A DNA stretch of 61,702 nucleotides, the filler included, from Bacteriovoracaceae bacterium (lineage in GTDB: Bacteria > Bdellovibrionota > Bacteriovoracia > Bacteriovoracales > Bacteriovoracaceae), in NCBI GenBank assembly GCA_018649885.1. It is 5 parts of 5 records of this genome, joined end to end, with 100 filler letters (N's around TTAATTAATTAA, not from the genome) between each part and the next. Parts side by side here need not be neighbours in the genome. Positions count along the whole stretch, not along the records: positions 9,315 to 39,680 come from JABIHA010000100.1; positions 39,781 to 44,008 come from JABIHA010000101.1; 3 more parts are not named here. One strand, 5' to 3'. Under the pieces are notes generated by a model, which saw only the letters and a program-made list of their open reading frames with translations, searched no databases and was not told the origin of the DNA. The position numbers and the translations under genes are program-made. The first letter of the stretch is position 1. Every line of letters begins with the position of its first letter. Positions 31,365-40,278 of this stretch are shown piece by piece.

Positions 31365-32510
31365 TTACTTATCAAATATATTTGATAGAGCTTTTTCAAG
31401 ATCTTTTGCCGAAATATTGTAGATATGGTCGAATCTCTGCTCGTCCTTATTATCTTTGTCCTTTTTTACTTTTCCAACAACAAAGAGCTCATTTACTTTT
31501 TTGGCCATGGCCACATGCTTAACTTTCTTAAGCTCCCTTCCGTCTGCAGTGAAAAGGTTAAGGCGATACTGAGTTGAGCCCTTCTCTAGTTTTCTTACAT
31601 GCAGGTGAGATTCAGCATTAGGGTTTTTCTTTGAATGGTAAAATAGATATTTTCCGTCAACAGTTAGGGCCGGGTGTTTTTGATAATTAAATACATCAGT
31701 TTCCGTGTCATCTAGACTGGTTCTATTCCAGCTAACCAACTCATTACCATCAATTTCAAGATCGTAATAGGCCATGTAGGCGTGCTCTAGAGGTAGATCT
31801 AGTTTAATGCTAGAGTTACCACCTTTTTGGAAGTGAACTAATATTTTTGAACCATCACTACTCCAGGTAGGATGCTTATCATCTATGGCCTGAAGTCTAT
31901 AAGTCACCTTTGTCTCAAAGTTGTAAACCATTACACCTCTAATTTCCGGGATATCTCCTGTATAAAAAGTGAGCCACTTTCCATCAGGTGAAATTTGTCC
32001 ATGCTTTAGATAGGGAGACCCCTCAGTAATTTCAAAATCATCATGATCTAACTTGTATATTTCTTTGCTTTTTTGATCTACTATTTTTATTTTTTTCTTA
32101 AGTCCATTGGTGGATCCAATAGTGATAAGTTCTTTATCACCAGCACCAATGGAAATACTGTAGGCAAAGTTAAAACTTTGTCTAACTACATGTTTGGCCG
32201 AGCTCCACTTTCCACTTTGATCTTTATAAGAGCGCCAGTTACCGAAGGATCTTCCACTGGGGACTTTTTCTTTTCTCTTTCCGGCAAGCCAGACTAATTG
32301 AGTCCCATCACCATTAGCTGATAGACTCTCGGCTTTCCTTGTCTCTCCATCCACTAGCTTTAATACACCTTTTATATCAACTTCAATGGGTTGTTCAGAT
32401 TTTGATTTTAGCTTCACAAGGCTCAAATCTATATGAGGCTGCTCCACAGTTTTAGACCAAGAAAATGAACTGAAAACGATAAGATAAACTGCAAGTACTA
32501 GATTTTTCAT
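31365..32510 (-). CDS. TolB-like / PD40 beta-propeller protein
   Basis: signal peptide; ISPDGKWLTF, PTWSSDGSKI, PALTVDGKYLFY. Confidence 0.7.
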   Translation of the reverse strand: MKNLVLAVYLIVFSSFSWSKTVEQPHIDLSLVKLKSKSEQPIEVDIKGVLKLVDGETRKAESLSANGDGTQLVWLAGKRKEKVPSGRSFGNWRSYKDQSGKWSSAKHVVRQSFNFAYSISIGAGDKELITIGSTNGLKKKIKIVDQKSKEIYKLDHDDFEITEGSPYLKHGQISPDGKWLTFYTGDIPEIRGVMVYNFETKVTYRLQAIDDKHPTWSSDGSKILVHFQKGGNSSIKLDLPLEHAYMAYYDLEIDGNELVSWNRTSLDDTETDVFNYQKHPALTVDGKYLFYHSKKNPNAESHLHVRKLEKGSTQYRLNLFTADGRELKKVKHVAMAKKVNELFVVGKVKKDKDNKDEQRFDHIYNISAKDLEKALSNIFDK

Positions 32511-32697
32511 AGATGGTTCTCCCAAACTCCGGTTGACGGTAACCCATAAAAAACGATCTTGACTTAAAGGGGGTAATATTTTTCCTACCCCTTAATCAAA
32601 AATTAAACAGGAAAAGTTCTTGGAGACTCCCCTTAGGGAAGTTATCATTTAGGCACAAGAATATTTTCATTTAAAGATACTTCATAAGGAGACTACC

Positions 32698-33561
32698 TTG
32701 AAATTTCTACTATTTATTCTGTGTTTGGCCGTATTTTCTTCATGTGCTTCAAAAAAATCTCATATAAAGGTCAAAAAGATTATGTGGGAAAACTCTAAGA
32801 GTATTTCATCGCCTGAATCAATTTATTACGAACCTAATACAAAGCTTATTTTTATTTCAAATATCGTAGGTGAAGGGACAAATAAAGATCATAATGGACA
32901 TATTTCGATCTTATCAGCTAACGGAAAATCTTTAAAACCCAAGTGGATTAATGGGCTAAATGCCCCCAAAGGAATGAGGGCACATGATGGAAAATTGTGG
33001 GTCACAGATATTGACACTGTTGTTGAAATTGATATTTCCAAAGGAAAAGTACTTAGAAAAATCAAATTAAAAGGGGCCAAATTTCTCAATGATATCGCCA
33101 TCTCCCCCAGTGGCGTGGTCTACGCCTCTGATACTCTTGGAAGCACAATCTATAAAATAGAAGCAGGTGTTCCATCAATCTTTATGGAAGGTGAAGCGCT
33201 CGACTCACCAAATGGTCTTATATACGCAGGGGATAAATTATACGTGGCCTCTTGGGGACTTACAACAGACTGGTCCACCAAGACACCAGGACAGCTCTAC
33301 AGTATTGACCCAAAAGAAAAAACCATTGAGAAAATTACTTCAAGTCCACTGGGACATTTAGATGGACTTGAAATCAATACTCAAGGAGACTTCCTTGTGT
33401 CTGATTGGGTGGCCGGAAAGATTTATAAAATATCAAGGGCCGGAGATGTTGAGCTGATATTTACAGGAGAGAAAGGTCTTGCAGATATTGGTTACATCCC
33501 AACGAGTGGAATGGTTTTGGCGCCTTTCATGCTCTCCCATAAAGCAATTGCTATTCAGTAA
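32698..33561 (+). CDS. SMP-30/gluconolactonase-like beta-propeller lipoprotein
   Basis: lipobox FSSC; SPES, GLNAPKGM, FLNDIA, SPNGL, LDGLE. Confidence 0.8.
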   Translation: MKFLLFILCLAVFSSCASKKSHIKVKKIMWENSKSISSPESIYYEPNTKLIFISNIVGEGTNKDHNGHISILSANGKSLKPKWINGLNAPKGMRAHDGKLWVTDIDTVVEIDISKGKVLRKIKLKGAKFLNDIAISPSGVVYASDTLGSTIYKIEAGVPSIFMEGEALDSPNGLIYAGDKLYVASWGLTTDWSTKTPGQLYSIDPKEKTIEKITSSPLGHLDGLEINTQGDFLVSDWVAGKIYKISRAGDVELIFTGEKGLADIGYIPTSGMVLAPFMLSHKAIAIQ

Positions 33562-33574
33562 GCTCCATACAATT

Positions 33575-34429
33575 TTAGGATAATAATTTGGGAAGCCAGT
33601 TGCTAATTTCGCTTCCCTTAATAGATAGTCCATGGAGCACACTACAGTCCATGTACCAGTCACCATCAATTCCATAAGGGGAATGATTTTCATCACTCCC
33701 CTCACCCGCAGCGACCAGTTTCTGACCTGTAGTATCCTCAATCTCTTTAACAAATTCTCTTAGAGAGATGGGGCCAGGGCTTGCCACATTGATAGGCCCA
33801 ACAAAATTGCTGTTACCTAAAAACTCTAAAGTTGTGGCCGCAAAATGAGAGGTTACAAAAGATATCTTTGCATCAATACACGGAAAATATATAGGTTTTT
33901 CATTTTTTATACGCTCAACATGAAACTCAAATCTCTTTGTATAGTCATCATCTCCAATAACAATGGGAAAACGAACGGCAACGAACGGAAAATTTGCATG
34001 CCTGGAAAAGGCAACCTCTGCTTGTCTTTTGGCCTCACCGTAATTACTTTCTTTGGTCTCTACGGTCTCAAATTCGTGTTTAGAGGGATCAAAGTCTAAT
34101 TCTTTTATTTTTTCGCCGGGCCCATAAACAGATTGCGAAGAGGTAAAAATATACTTTCCTACCTTTCCATCAAATAGCTCGCAACTCGCTTTTGCGTCAT
34201 TGTAGTCATAGCAAACTTGATCATAAACGATATCCCAGCTTTTTCCAGAAATGGCCGTTTTCAGGTCTTGAACTATTGTTCGATCACAAATGGTGCGCAC
34301 AACTGAGCTTCCAAATCCATCATCCACATTTCCCCGATTCAAAAGCTCCACCTGGTGACCGCTTTCAAGAAGAAGGCCTACTAGCCTTTTTCCGAAAAAT
34401 CGATTTCCCCCAATAATTAAAATTTTCAT
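33575..34429 (-). CDS. NAD-dependent epimerase/dehydratase family protein
   Basis: ILIIGGNRFFG, YIFTSSQSVY, YGEAK. Confidence 0.88.
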   Translation of the reverse strand: MKILIIGGNRFFGKRLVGLLLESGHQVELLNRGNVDDGFGSSVVRTICDRTIVQDLKTAISGKSWDIVYDQVCYDYNDAKASCELFDGKVGKYIFTSSQSVYGPGEKIKELDFDPSKHEFETVETKESNYGEAKRQAEVAFSRHANFPFVAVRFPIVIGDDDYTKRFEFHVERIKNEKPIYFPCIDAKISFVTSHFAATTLEFLGNSNFVGPINVASPGPISLREFVKEIEDTTGQKLVAAGEGSDENHSPYGIDGDWYMDCSVLHGLSIKGSEISNWLPKLLS

Positions 34430-34613
34430 GCCATATCCTCATATTTTTTCCAAAATTCTAGCATAACCTTCAGGGTAAATCTCGTAATATTAAAGAGTTA
34501 AGTCGCTAGTATCATTAAGGCCACTCTAGTCCCCTCCTGCATGTAATTTGTAGGTAGTGAAACTCTTTTCTTTACTGGCCTAATCATAGGCCATAGATTG
34601 AGCTAAATTTTTA

Positions 34614-35468
34614 GTGTTAGGAGTAATTGTGATTGAATTTGGAAAAGTCAGTGAGTTTTTTGTTAGTGAGAGAACTCCAGAAGGGTTTTATCTCTCACAT
34701 ACCGATTCAGGTGAAGAAGTATTTCTGGCCCATAAAATGAACTCAGAAGATCTTGAGCTAAACCAAAATATCAAAGCATTTGTTTACCTCGATACTAGTG
34801 GTGATAGAATTGCCACAACTAAAATCCCCTGTGCTGTTGTGGGCGAATATGCCCTTATGACCGCAGTGGAAGTACAAGAGTTCGGCGCCTTTTTTGACTG
34901 GGGAATCGATAAAGACTTATTAGTTCCTGGAAATCAGCAAAAGTTTTCTGTGAAAGAAGATGAGAGCTACCTTGTAAGGGTTTGTCTTGAAGCAGAAACA
35001 AACCGCGTATACGGAACAACTAAGCTTGGAAAATATATTGAAGACTCAGAATTTGATATTGAAGAAGGTGGCAAAGTAAAAATCACTCCCGTAACGGCAA
35101 CTGATCTGGGATATAAAGTGATCATCAACAAAAAATTCATCGGCATCATTTACGCAAATGAGATTTTTTCTAATATTTCCATTGGTGCTACCTATGATGG
35201 AGTTGTGAAAAAAATTCGAGTTGATGGATTAGTCGACGCTGCACTTCAAGTCCAAGGGATCAAAAACCTGGTTGAAGCAAAAGATAAAATTGTGAGCTAT
35301 CTTGAAAGTTGTGAGGGACACTCTCCACTAAATGATAAAAGCTCTCCAACCCTCATAAAGCAGAACCTTGGCATGAGTAAACAAACATTTAAAAATGCCC
35401 TTGGAATGCTCTATAAAGAGCGAAAGATCAAACTCTCCAAAGATGGGATAGAGCTCATTACAGCTTAA
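34614..35468 (+). CDS. CvfB/YitL family S1-domain RNA-binding protein
   Basis: GAFFDWGIDKDLLVP, DKSSP..IK...GMSKQTFKNALGMLYK. Confidence 0.9.
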   Translation: MLGVIVIEFGKVSEFFVSERTPEGFYLSHTDSGEEVFLAHKMNSEDLELNQNIKAFVYLDTSGDRIATTKIPCAVVGEYALMTAVEVQEFGAFFDWGIDKDLLVPGNQQKFSVKEDESYLVRVCLEAETNRVYGTTKLGKYIEDSEFDIEEGGKVKITPVTATDLGYKVIINKKFIGIIYANEIFSNISIGATYDGVVKKIRVDGLVDAALQVQGIKNLVEAKDKIVSYLESCEGHSPLNDKSSPTLIKQNLGMSKQTFKNALGMLYKERKIKLSKDGIELITA

Positions 35469-35675
35469 CTCCGAACACTTTCTTCACTAAGTGTTTCAAG
35501 AAACTGGAATCGAGCTCCCATTAATTCAATTAAAAACAAGGAAGCTATTGAAATCAAAAAGCTTTCCCCTGGTCTTCTAGGGTGACAATACTCTATTAAA
35601 TTATTTACACACATCTTTTTAAATCCATCATTTCTCCATAGTATCCCTTCAAATACAAATGAAAGGACTTTTAAA

Positions 35676-36023
35676 ATGAAAAGATTGGTGATGGCATTTT
35701 TATTATTAACATTGAGTTCAAATATTTTGGCATTTTCTATTTTTGATCTGGCAGATACAAGATGGGAGTACCAAGAGGTTGACTACTGGGAGTATATTTC
35801 TTTTTCTGATAAAGGAGTCTACTTTCATATGACTTGGCCAAATGATGAAAGAGATTACGGATACTATGTCAAAAACATCCAACTCAGCTCAAACGAAAAT
35901 GGCAAAAATGTAATTTCTGGAATAAGAAATGGTAACACTGTATTTTCTATTACACTTGAAGCTGAAGATTGTTTGCTAGGTAGTGGAATGACTTCCCCTA
36001 GTGGATGCTTTCGAAAGCTCTAG
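35676..36023 (+). CDS. secreted hypothetical protein
   Basis: AAGGA RBS, signal peptide. Confidence 0.6.
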   Translation: MKRLVMAFLLLTLSSNILAFSIFDLADTRWEYQEVDYWEYISFSDKGVYFHMTWPNDERDYGYYVKNIQLSSNENGKNVISGIRNGNTVFSITLEAEDCLLGSGMTSPSGCFRKL

Positions 36024-36305
36024 CTATGATTTGAGTCTTTGAATTATGTGGTAGCCAAATTTTGATTTAATAGGTCTTGAAACTTCACCGTCTTCCAGGT
36101 GATACAGAGCACGTTCAAACTCGGGCACCATTTTTCCTGAGAAAAATGATCCTAGCTCTCCGCCTTTTGCTGCTGTTTCACATTCCGAATACTCTCTAGC
36201 AAGATCACCAAAGTCTTGGCCTTGTCGAATCAACTCAACGATTTCTTTTGCTTCATCTAAGTCACCCAAAAGGATGTGCCGCGCTCTATAGTTTACTCTG
36301 GCCAC
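36024..36305 (-). CDS. ppiC: parvulin-type peptidyl-prolyl isomerase
   Basis: ARHIL, F..LAREYS.C..A.KGGELG.F..G.MVPEFE, FGYHII. Confidence 0.9.
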   Translation of the reverse strand: MARVNYRARHILLGDLDEAKEIVELIRQGQDFGDLAREYSECETAAKGGELGSFFSGKMVPEFERALYHLEDGEVSRPIKSKFGYHIIQRLKS

Positions 36306-36379
36306 TCAACTCTCCTATAAATCCATCTACTAGCAGTATGTCATAGCTAAATTGAAAAGAGTAATTTCAAATACTCCAT

Positions 36380-37402
36380 TTAAGACAAAATAGATAACTG
36401 GTCTTTCTGGAACTGAGTTAGCTCAGAGTTTTGTATTTTCATGAGAAACTCATAGGCTTCGGCCCTTGAATATCTAGTATTTATTGCGTGTTCCAGAAAT
36501 CTAATATCTGCAGTGTTTCCCTCGAATTCAACACACGTCTCACTCATCATTTGATAAAAGCCTTCATAGAGCTTGAACCACTCGCTCCTACCGTATTTGT
36601 CTACTACTGTATCAAAAAAGCAGCCTATGGCCTCTGGCCCTATCCCCATTCCATCAATGGATAACTGCTCATAGAAATTTAAGGTGGTAGATATATCCCA
36701 GGAGTCTATCAGTTGATCTAAAAAGCTCACTGCACTTTCAGGATTCAAGGTATATAAATACTGATAGTAAAAAATTCCTTTAATTACACTTTCAGACAAG
36801 GCCCTTTTTTCAATACTAAGTCCATTTGAAAAGTGATGCCATTGTGATTTAGTCTGATCATCTACAGTTCTCACACACAATGTAACTGTCGGGGCGTCTA
36901 AGTGGATCAAACGATGACTGAATTCATTTCCCGAAGTAATTTCCTGGGTATCACCAGGAAGTATCAGCTTGGTGGAGGTTTTATTTATGTGGGTACTCAT
37001 CACATCATCTGAAAAGACGTTCTTAGGCCCTACACTAAATATTTCATGAACAGAGCGGCCATAGAGAAGTTTAAAAGCACCCGAAAAAGAATGACTGTGA
37101 ATAGAAGTATCAACATACATCCAAAAATAGATGTCGATGACAAATTGACCATTATTAAACAAGGTGACAGGAGGTTGCCCGAAAGCATTATAGACATTGA
37201 GTTGGGTAGGAAGATTCCCAGCGAGTATCCACTCCCCCATCTCTTTATCAAATTGCTCTAACGAGCAATCAAACTCAAAATCACTCAGCACATTGGTGCA
37301 GGCCTTAGAGAAGTTGTCCTTAGTGTAACCATCTTTTTTCCAGGTCTGATCTATAGACTGGGACAACTGAATAATTCTATTAATCATAATTTTGTCTATC
37401 AT
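36380..37402 (-). CDS. hypothetical protein with cupin-like HxH motif
   Basis: TSIHSHSFSGAF..L.G.S.H, F.HRLIH. Confidence 0.55.
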   Translation of the reverse strand: MIDKIMINRIIQLSQSIDQTWKKDGYTKDNFSKACTNVLSDFEFDCSLEQFDKEMGEWILAGNLPTQLNVYNAFGQPPVTLFNNGQFVIDIYFWMYVDTSIHSHSFSGAFKLLYGRSVHEIFSVGPKNVFSDDVMSTHINKTSTKLILPGDTQEITSGNEFSHRLIHLDAPTVTLCVRTVDDQTKSQWHHFSNGLSIEKRALSESVIKGIFYYQYLYTLNPESAVSFLDQLIDSWDISTTLNFYEQLSIDGMGIGPEAIGCFFDTVVDKYGRSEWFKLYEGFYQMMSETCVEFEGNTADIRFLEHAINTRYSRAEAYEFLMKIQNSELTQFQKDQLSILS

Positions 37403-37550
37403 ATGGAAAAATAGAAGTCATACAGTAGTTTCAATACAATGTTATTAAGTACTTGTACGACATAGGGCCATCGTTAACTATTTCTCAGAACTTTTCTCCA
37501 TGCTAGTCGCATATAGTCAGATTTAATCAATGTACATAAGGAGGCATACA

Positions 37551-37862
37551 ATGAAAACAATAATGCTAATTTTTGTAGTGTGGATTGGATGCTTTCAAGC
37601 AATCTCGGGTGAATTACAGCAGCCAGCCAACCAAGAGGAAGAGCTAAAAATGATGCAATGTTCAGGAGAGCTTGCTGGCCCCATAATTGAAAAATTGATT
37701 GAAAAAACTATTAGTGAATACAATTTTGAAATAGCATCTCCAGAGCAAATGGATAGTTATTTTGCAGGGATCAATGCTGATCTCGTCGCTGTCGAACATA
37801 CTATTGCGATTTTGTGTCAAAAAAATTATCGGCTTGCAGATAAATTTTTAGAAAAGAAATAA
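37551..37862 (+). CDS. secreted hypothetical protein
   Basis: AGGAGG RBS, signal peptide. Confidence 0.6.
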   Translation: MKTIMLIFVVWIGCFQAISGELQQPANQEEELKMMQCSGELAGPIIEKLIEKTISEYNFEIASPEQMDSYFAGINADLVAVEHTIAILCQKNYRLADKFLEKK

Positions 37863-38051
37863 AAGACTCGATTTGCTCATCTGATGATTCGGCAATTTAC
37901 GGAGGGGAATCATTAGCATGATTTTGAGCTCCAGCTCTCCTTCAAAGTATTTTGCAGGGGTGCTGGAGCCTCTTTAAAAAAATCATAGTACTCTTCGAAT
38001 ATAAAAGTTAAAGTATGATGAATCGATAATTTTAACCGAGATTAAACTATA

Positions 38052-38873
38052 TTGTGGTTAGCTGGTTTTTCACTATTACTGGTACTTTTTGGTACCATTT
38101 ATTTATTTCTGCAAAAAAGAAATGAGGATAATAGATGGAAGCTGATCGATACCATGGAATTCCCCCAAGAGTTTGAACAAATTCTGTGCAAAGCATTCCA
38201 TCCCTACAATTTTTTAGACACCAAAGAAAAGCAAACTTTAACACGGAAAATCCTGTATTTCATGGAGTATAAAAACTTTCATCCCATTGGGGGATTTGAG
38301 ATTACAAACGAAATAAAACTTTTAATTTCGGCCCAAGCCTGCCTATTAGTTTTAAACCTTGAAGGCGGAGTTTATCCCACTCTAAAAAATCTCTTTATTG
38401 CTGCTTCAACATTTGTCGATAAAAATAATTATGTGGATTTTTCAACAGCACTGCCAAGACATGTTCCCACTCTTGGAGAATCGTGGACTCAGGGACCTGT
38501 TGTGCTATCTTGGAACTCGGCCAAAAACGGTCTTAAAAATTGGAATGATGGCCAAAATGTTGTTTTACACGAATTTGCTCATCAACTTGATGCCCTCGAT
38601 GGGCACATGGATGGCACTCCTGAGTTGAGTGGTGAAAAGTCATATCGTAAATGGAAAATTTTTATGGGAAAAGAATTTTCTAAACTAAGATCATCTGTGG
38701 AAAAAAGACGCCACCATGACATAGACTCTTATGGTGCTACCAATGAAGCTGAATTTTTTGCAGTAACGGTTGAATATTTTTTTGAAAAAACTCCTGTGTT
38801 TAAAAAAAAGCATCCCGAGCTATTTGAGCTTTTTCATTCGTTTTTTAAAATCGATCCCTGCAGATGGAATTGA
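38052..38873 (+). CDS. MtfA-like zinc metallopeptidase (M90)
   Basis: GESW..GPVVLSW, NVVLHEFAHQLD, YGATNEAEFFAV.VEYFFE. Confidence 0.9.
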   Translation: MWLAGFSLLLVLFGTIYLFLQKRNEDNRWKLIDTMEFPQEFEQILCKAFHPYNFLDTKEKQTLTRKILYFMEYKNFHPIGGFEITNEIKLLISAQACLLVLNLEGGVYPTLKNLFIAASTFVDKNNYVDFSTALPRHVPTLGESWTQGPVVLSWNSAKNGLKNWNDGQNVVLHEFAHQLDALDGHMDGTPELSGEKSYRKWKIFMGKEFSKLRSSVEKRRHHDIDSYGATNEAEFFAVTVEYFFEKTPVFKKKHPELFELFHSFFKIDPCRWN

Positions 38874-39100
38874 TTTATTGCTAAACAAACTCTATTTATT
38901 TAAACATTTTTTTTTACAATGGTTCGCAGTGGCCTACAAAGTTGCCAAATACTGAACCTGCCCCAAGCCTTTTCATATCTAAGTACCTGACATTATAAAA
39001 AATCCTAAATTCCACATATAATAGATTAAACAGGTTTTAAACCTCTATACATATTGTTTATGGCAAGCGTATGGAGAGCTGTGCAAGGAACGATTTGGAA

Positions 39101-39680
39101 ATGAAAGTGGCCTTTCTAAAATCTAAATTCACTTTTCTAGTAATGTAAATTGCTCTTTTTGCACTAATGAGTTCATGTAATTTTCAATTAAAGCCAGCTA
39201 AAAGCACTGATGATTCTAATATCTGTGATCTCTTTCCAGACTCTGCCACATGTTCTGGACTGGGGATGTCATTTGCTCAAGCAACGGCAACTGCTGGTGC
39301 TAAAGCTCAGGCGACAGCGACTGCTGAAGCTCAAGCGACAGGGACTGCTGAAGCACAGGCTTCTGCCACTGCCGAAGCTGTTGCTTCCGCCACTGCCGAA
39401 GCTGGAGCCACTGCCACTGCCGAAGCCCAAGCATCTGCCACTGCCGAGGCACAAGCATCTGCCACTGCTGAAGCAATAGCCTCTGCCACTGCCGAGGCAC
39501 AAGCATCCGCTACCGCCGAAGCAATAGCTTCAGCCACTGCCGAAGCCCAAGCATCTGCCACCGCCGAGGCACAAGCATCTGCTACCGCCGAAGCCCAAGC
39601 CTCTGCCACTGCCGAGGCACAAGCAACTGCCACCGCCGAGGCACAAGCATCTGCTACCGCCGAAGCACAAGCATCTGCCA
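39101..39680 (+). CDS. lipoprotein with tandem ATAEAQAS repeats (3'-truncated; in-frame TAA in the signal peptide)
   Basis: MKVAFLKSKFTFLVM*IALFALMSSC lipobox; 24-bp tandem repeat from about 39280 to the contig end. Confidence 0.65.
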
Positions 39681-39780
39681 NNNNNNNNNNNNNNNNNNNN
39701 NNNNNNNNNNNNNNNNNNNNNNNNTTAATTAATTAANNNNNNNNNNNNNNNNNNNNNNNNNNNNNNNNNNNNNNNNNNNN
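39681..39780. other. artificial contig spacer
   Basis: N run containing TTAATTAATTAA. Confidence 0.98.
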
Positions 39781-40278
39781 CATACATATCCATACTAATC
39801 ACTCCTCCTCCGATACAACGGGATGCTATTAAGCTTCGTGTCATATCAAAATGTGAGGTGGGTGACTTTTAGGCCGTTAAATGGCACTTACCCGGGTGAC
39901 TATTGGACTGCTAAAACCAGGTGTCAACGAAATTAAAAGGCAAAAAAAAAGGCCTTATTAAAAAGCCTAACGAAAAGTGGCGGGACATCACTGCAATTAT
40001 TGATAGCGATAAGTGATCAAGATTAACAAACCTGAATCAAACTCAACTCTAAAAGCTTGAATGGCGCTCAAGGGATTATTTTATAGCTGTGCGATAGAGA
40101 ATATATTGCTGAAATTCAACAGGGACCACTTGATATAGAGAAGGGTTGCTAGCAACTTCTTCGTTTGCAATACTTGGTTTATTCTTAAAATTAAATTTTG
40201 GACGAGTAAAACTTGCAGGAGAGAAAAGATTTTAATTTTAATTTAACAATAAATTTTAATATTGCCGTTGAGTGAGTC

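Noticed and set aside
39280..39680. 24-bp tandem repeat as a possible CRISPR array
   Set aside because: No unique spacers, variation is codon-like, and no cas genes are present
39940..39990. Possible tRNA 3' remnant (TCCCGCCA on the minus strand) with a terminator-like sequence
   Set aside because: Match too short; no T-arm or cloverleaf visible
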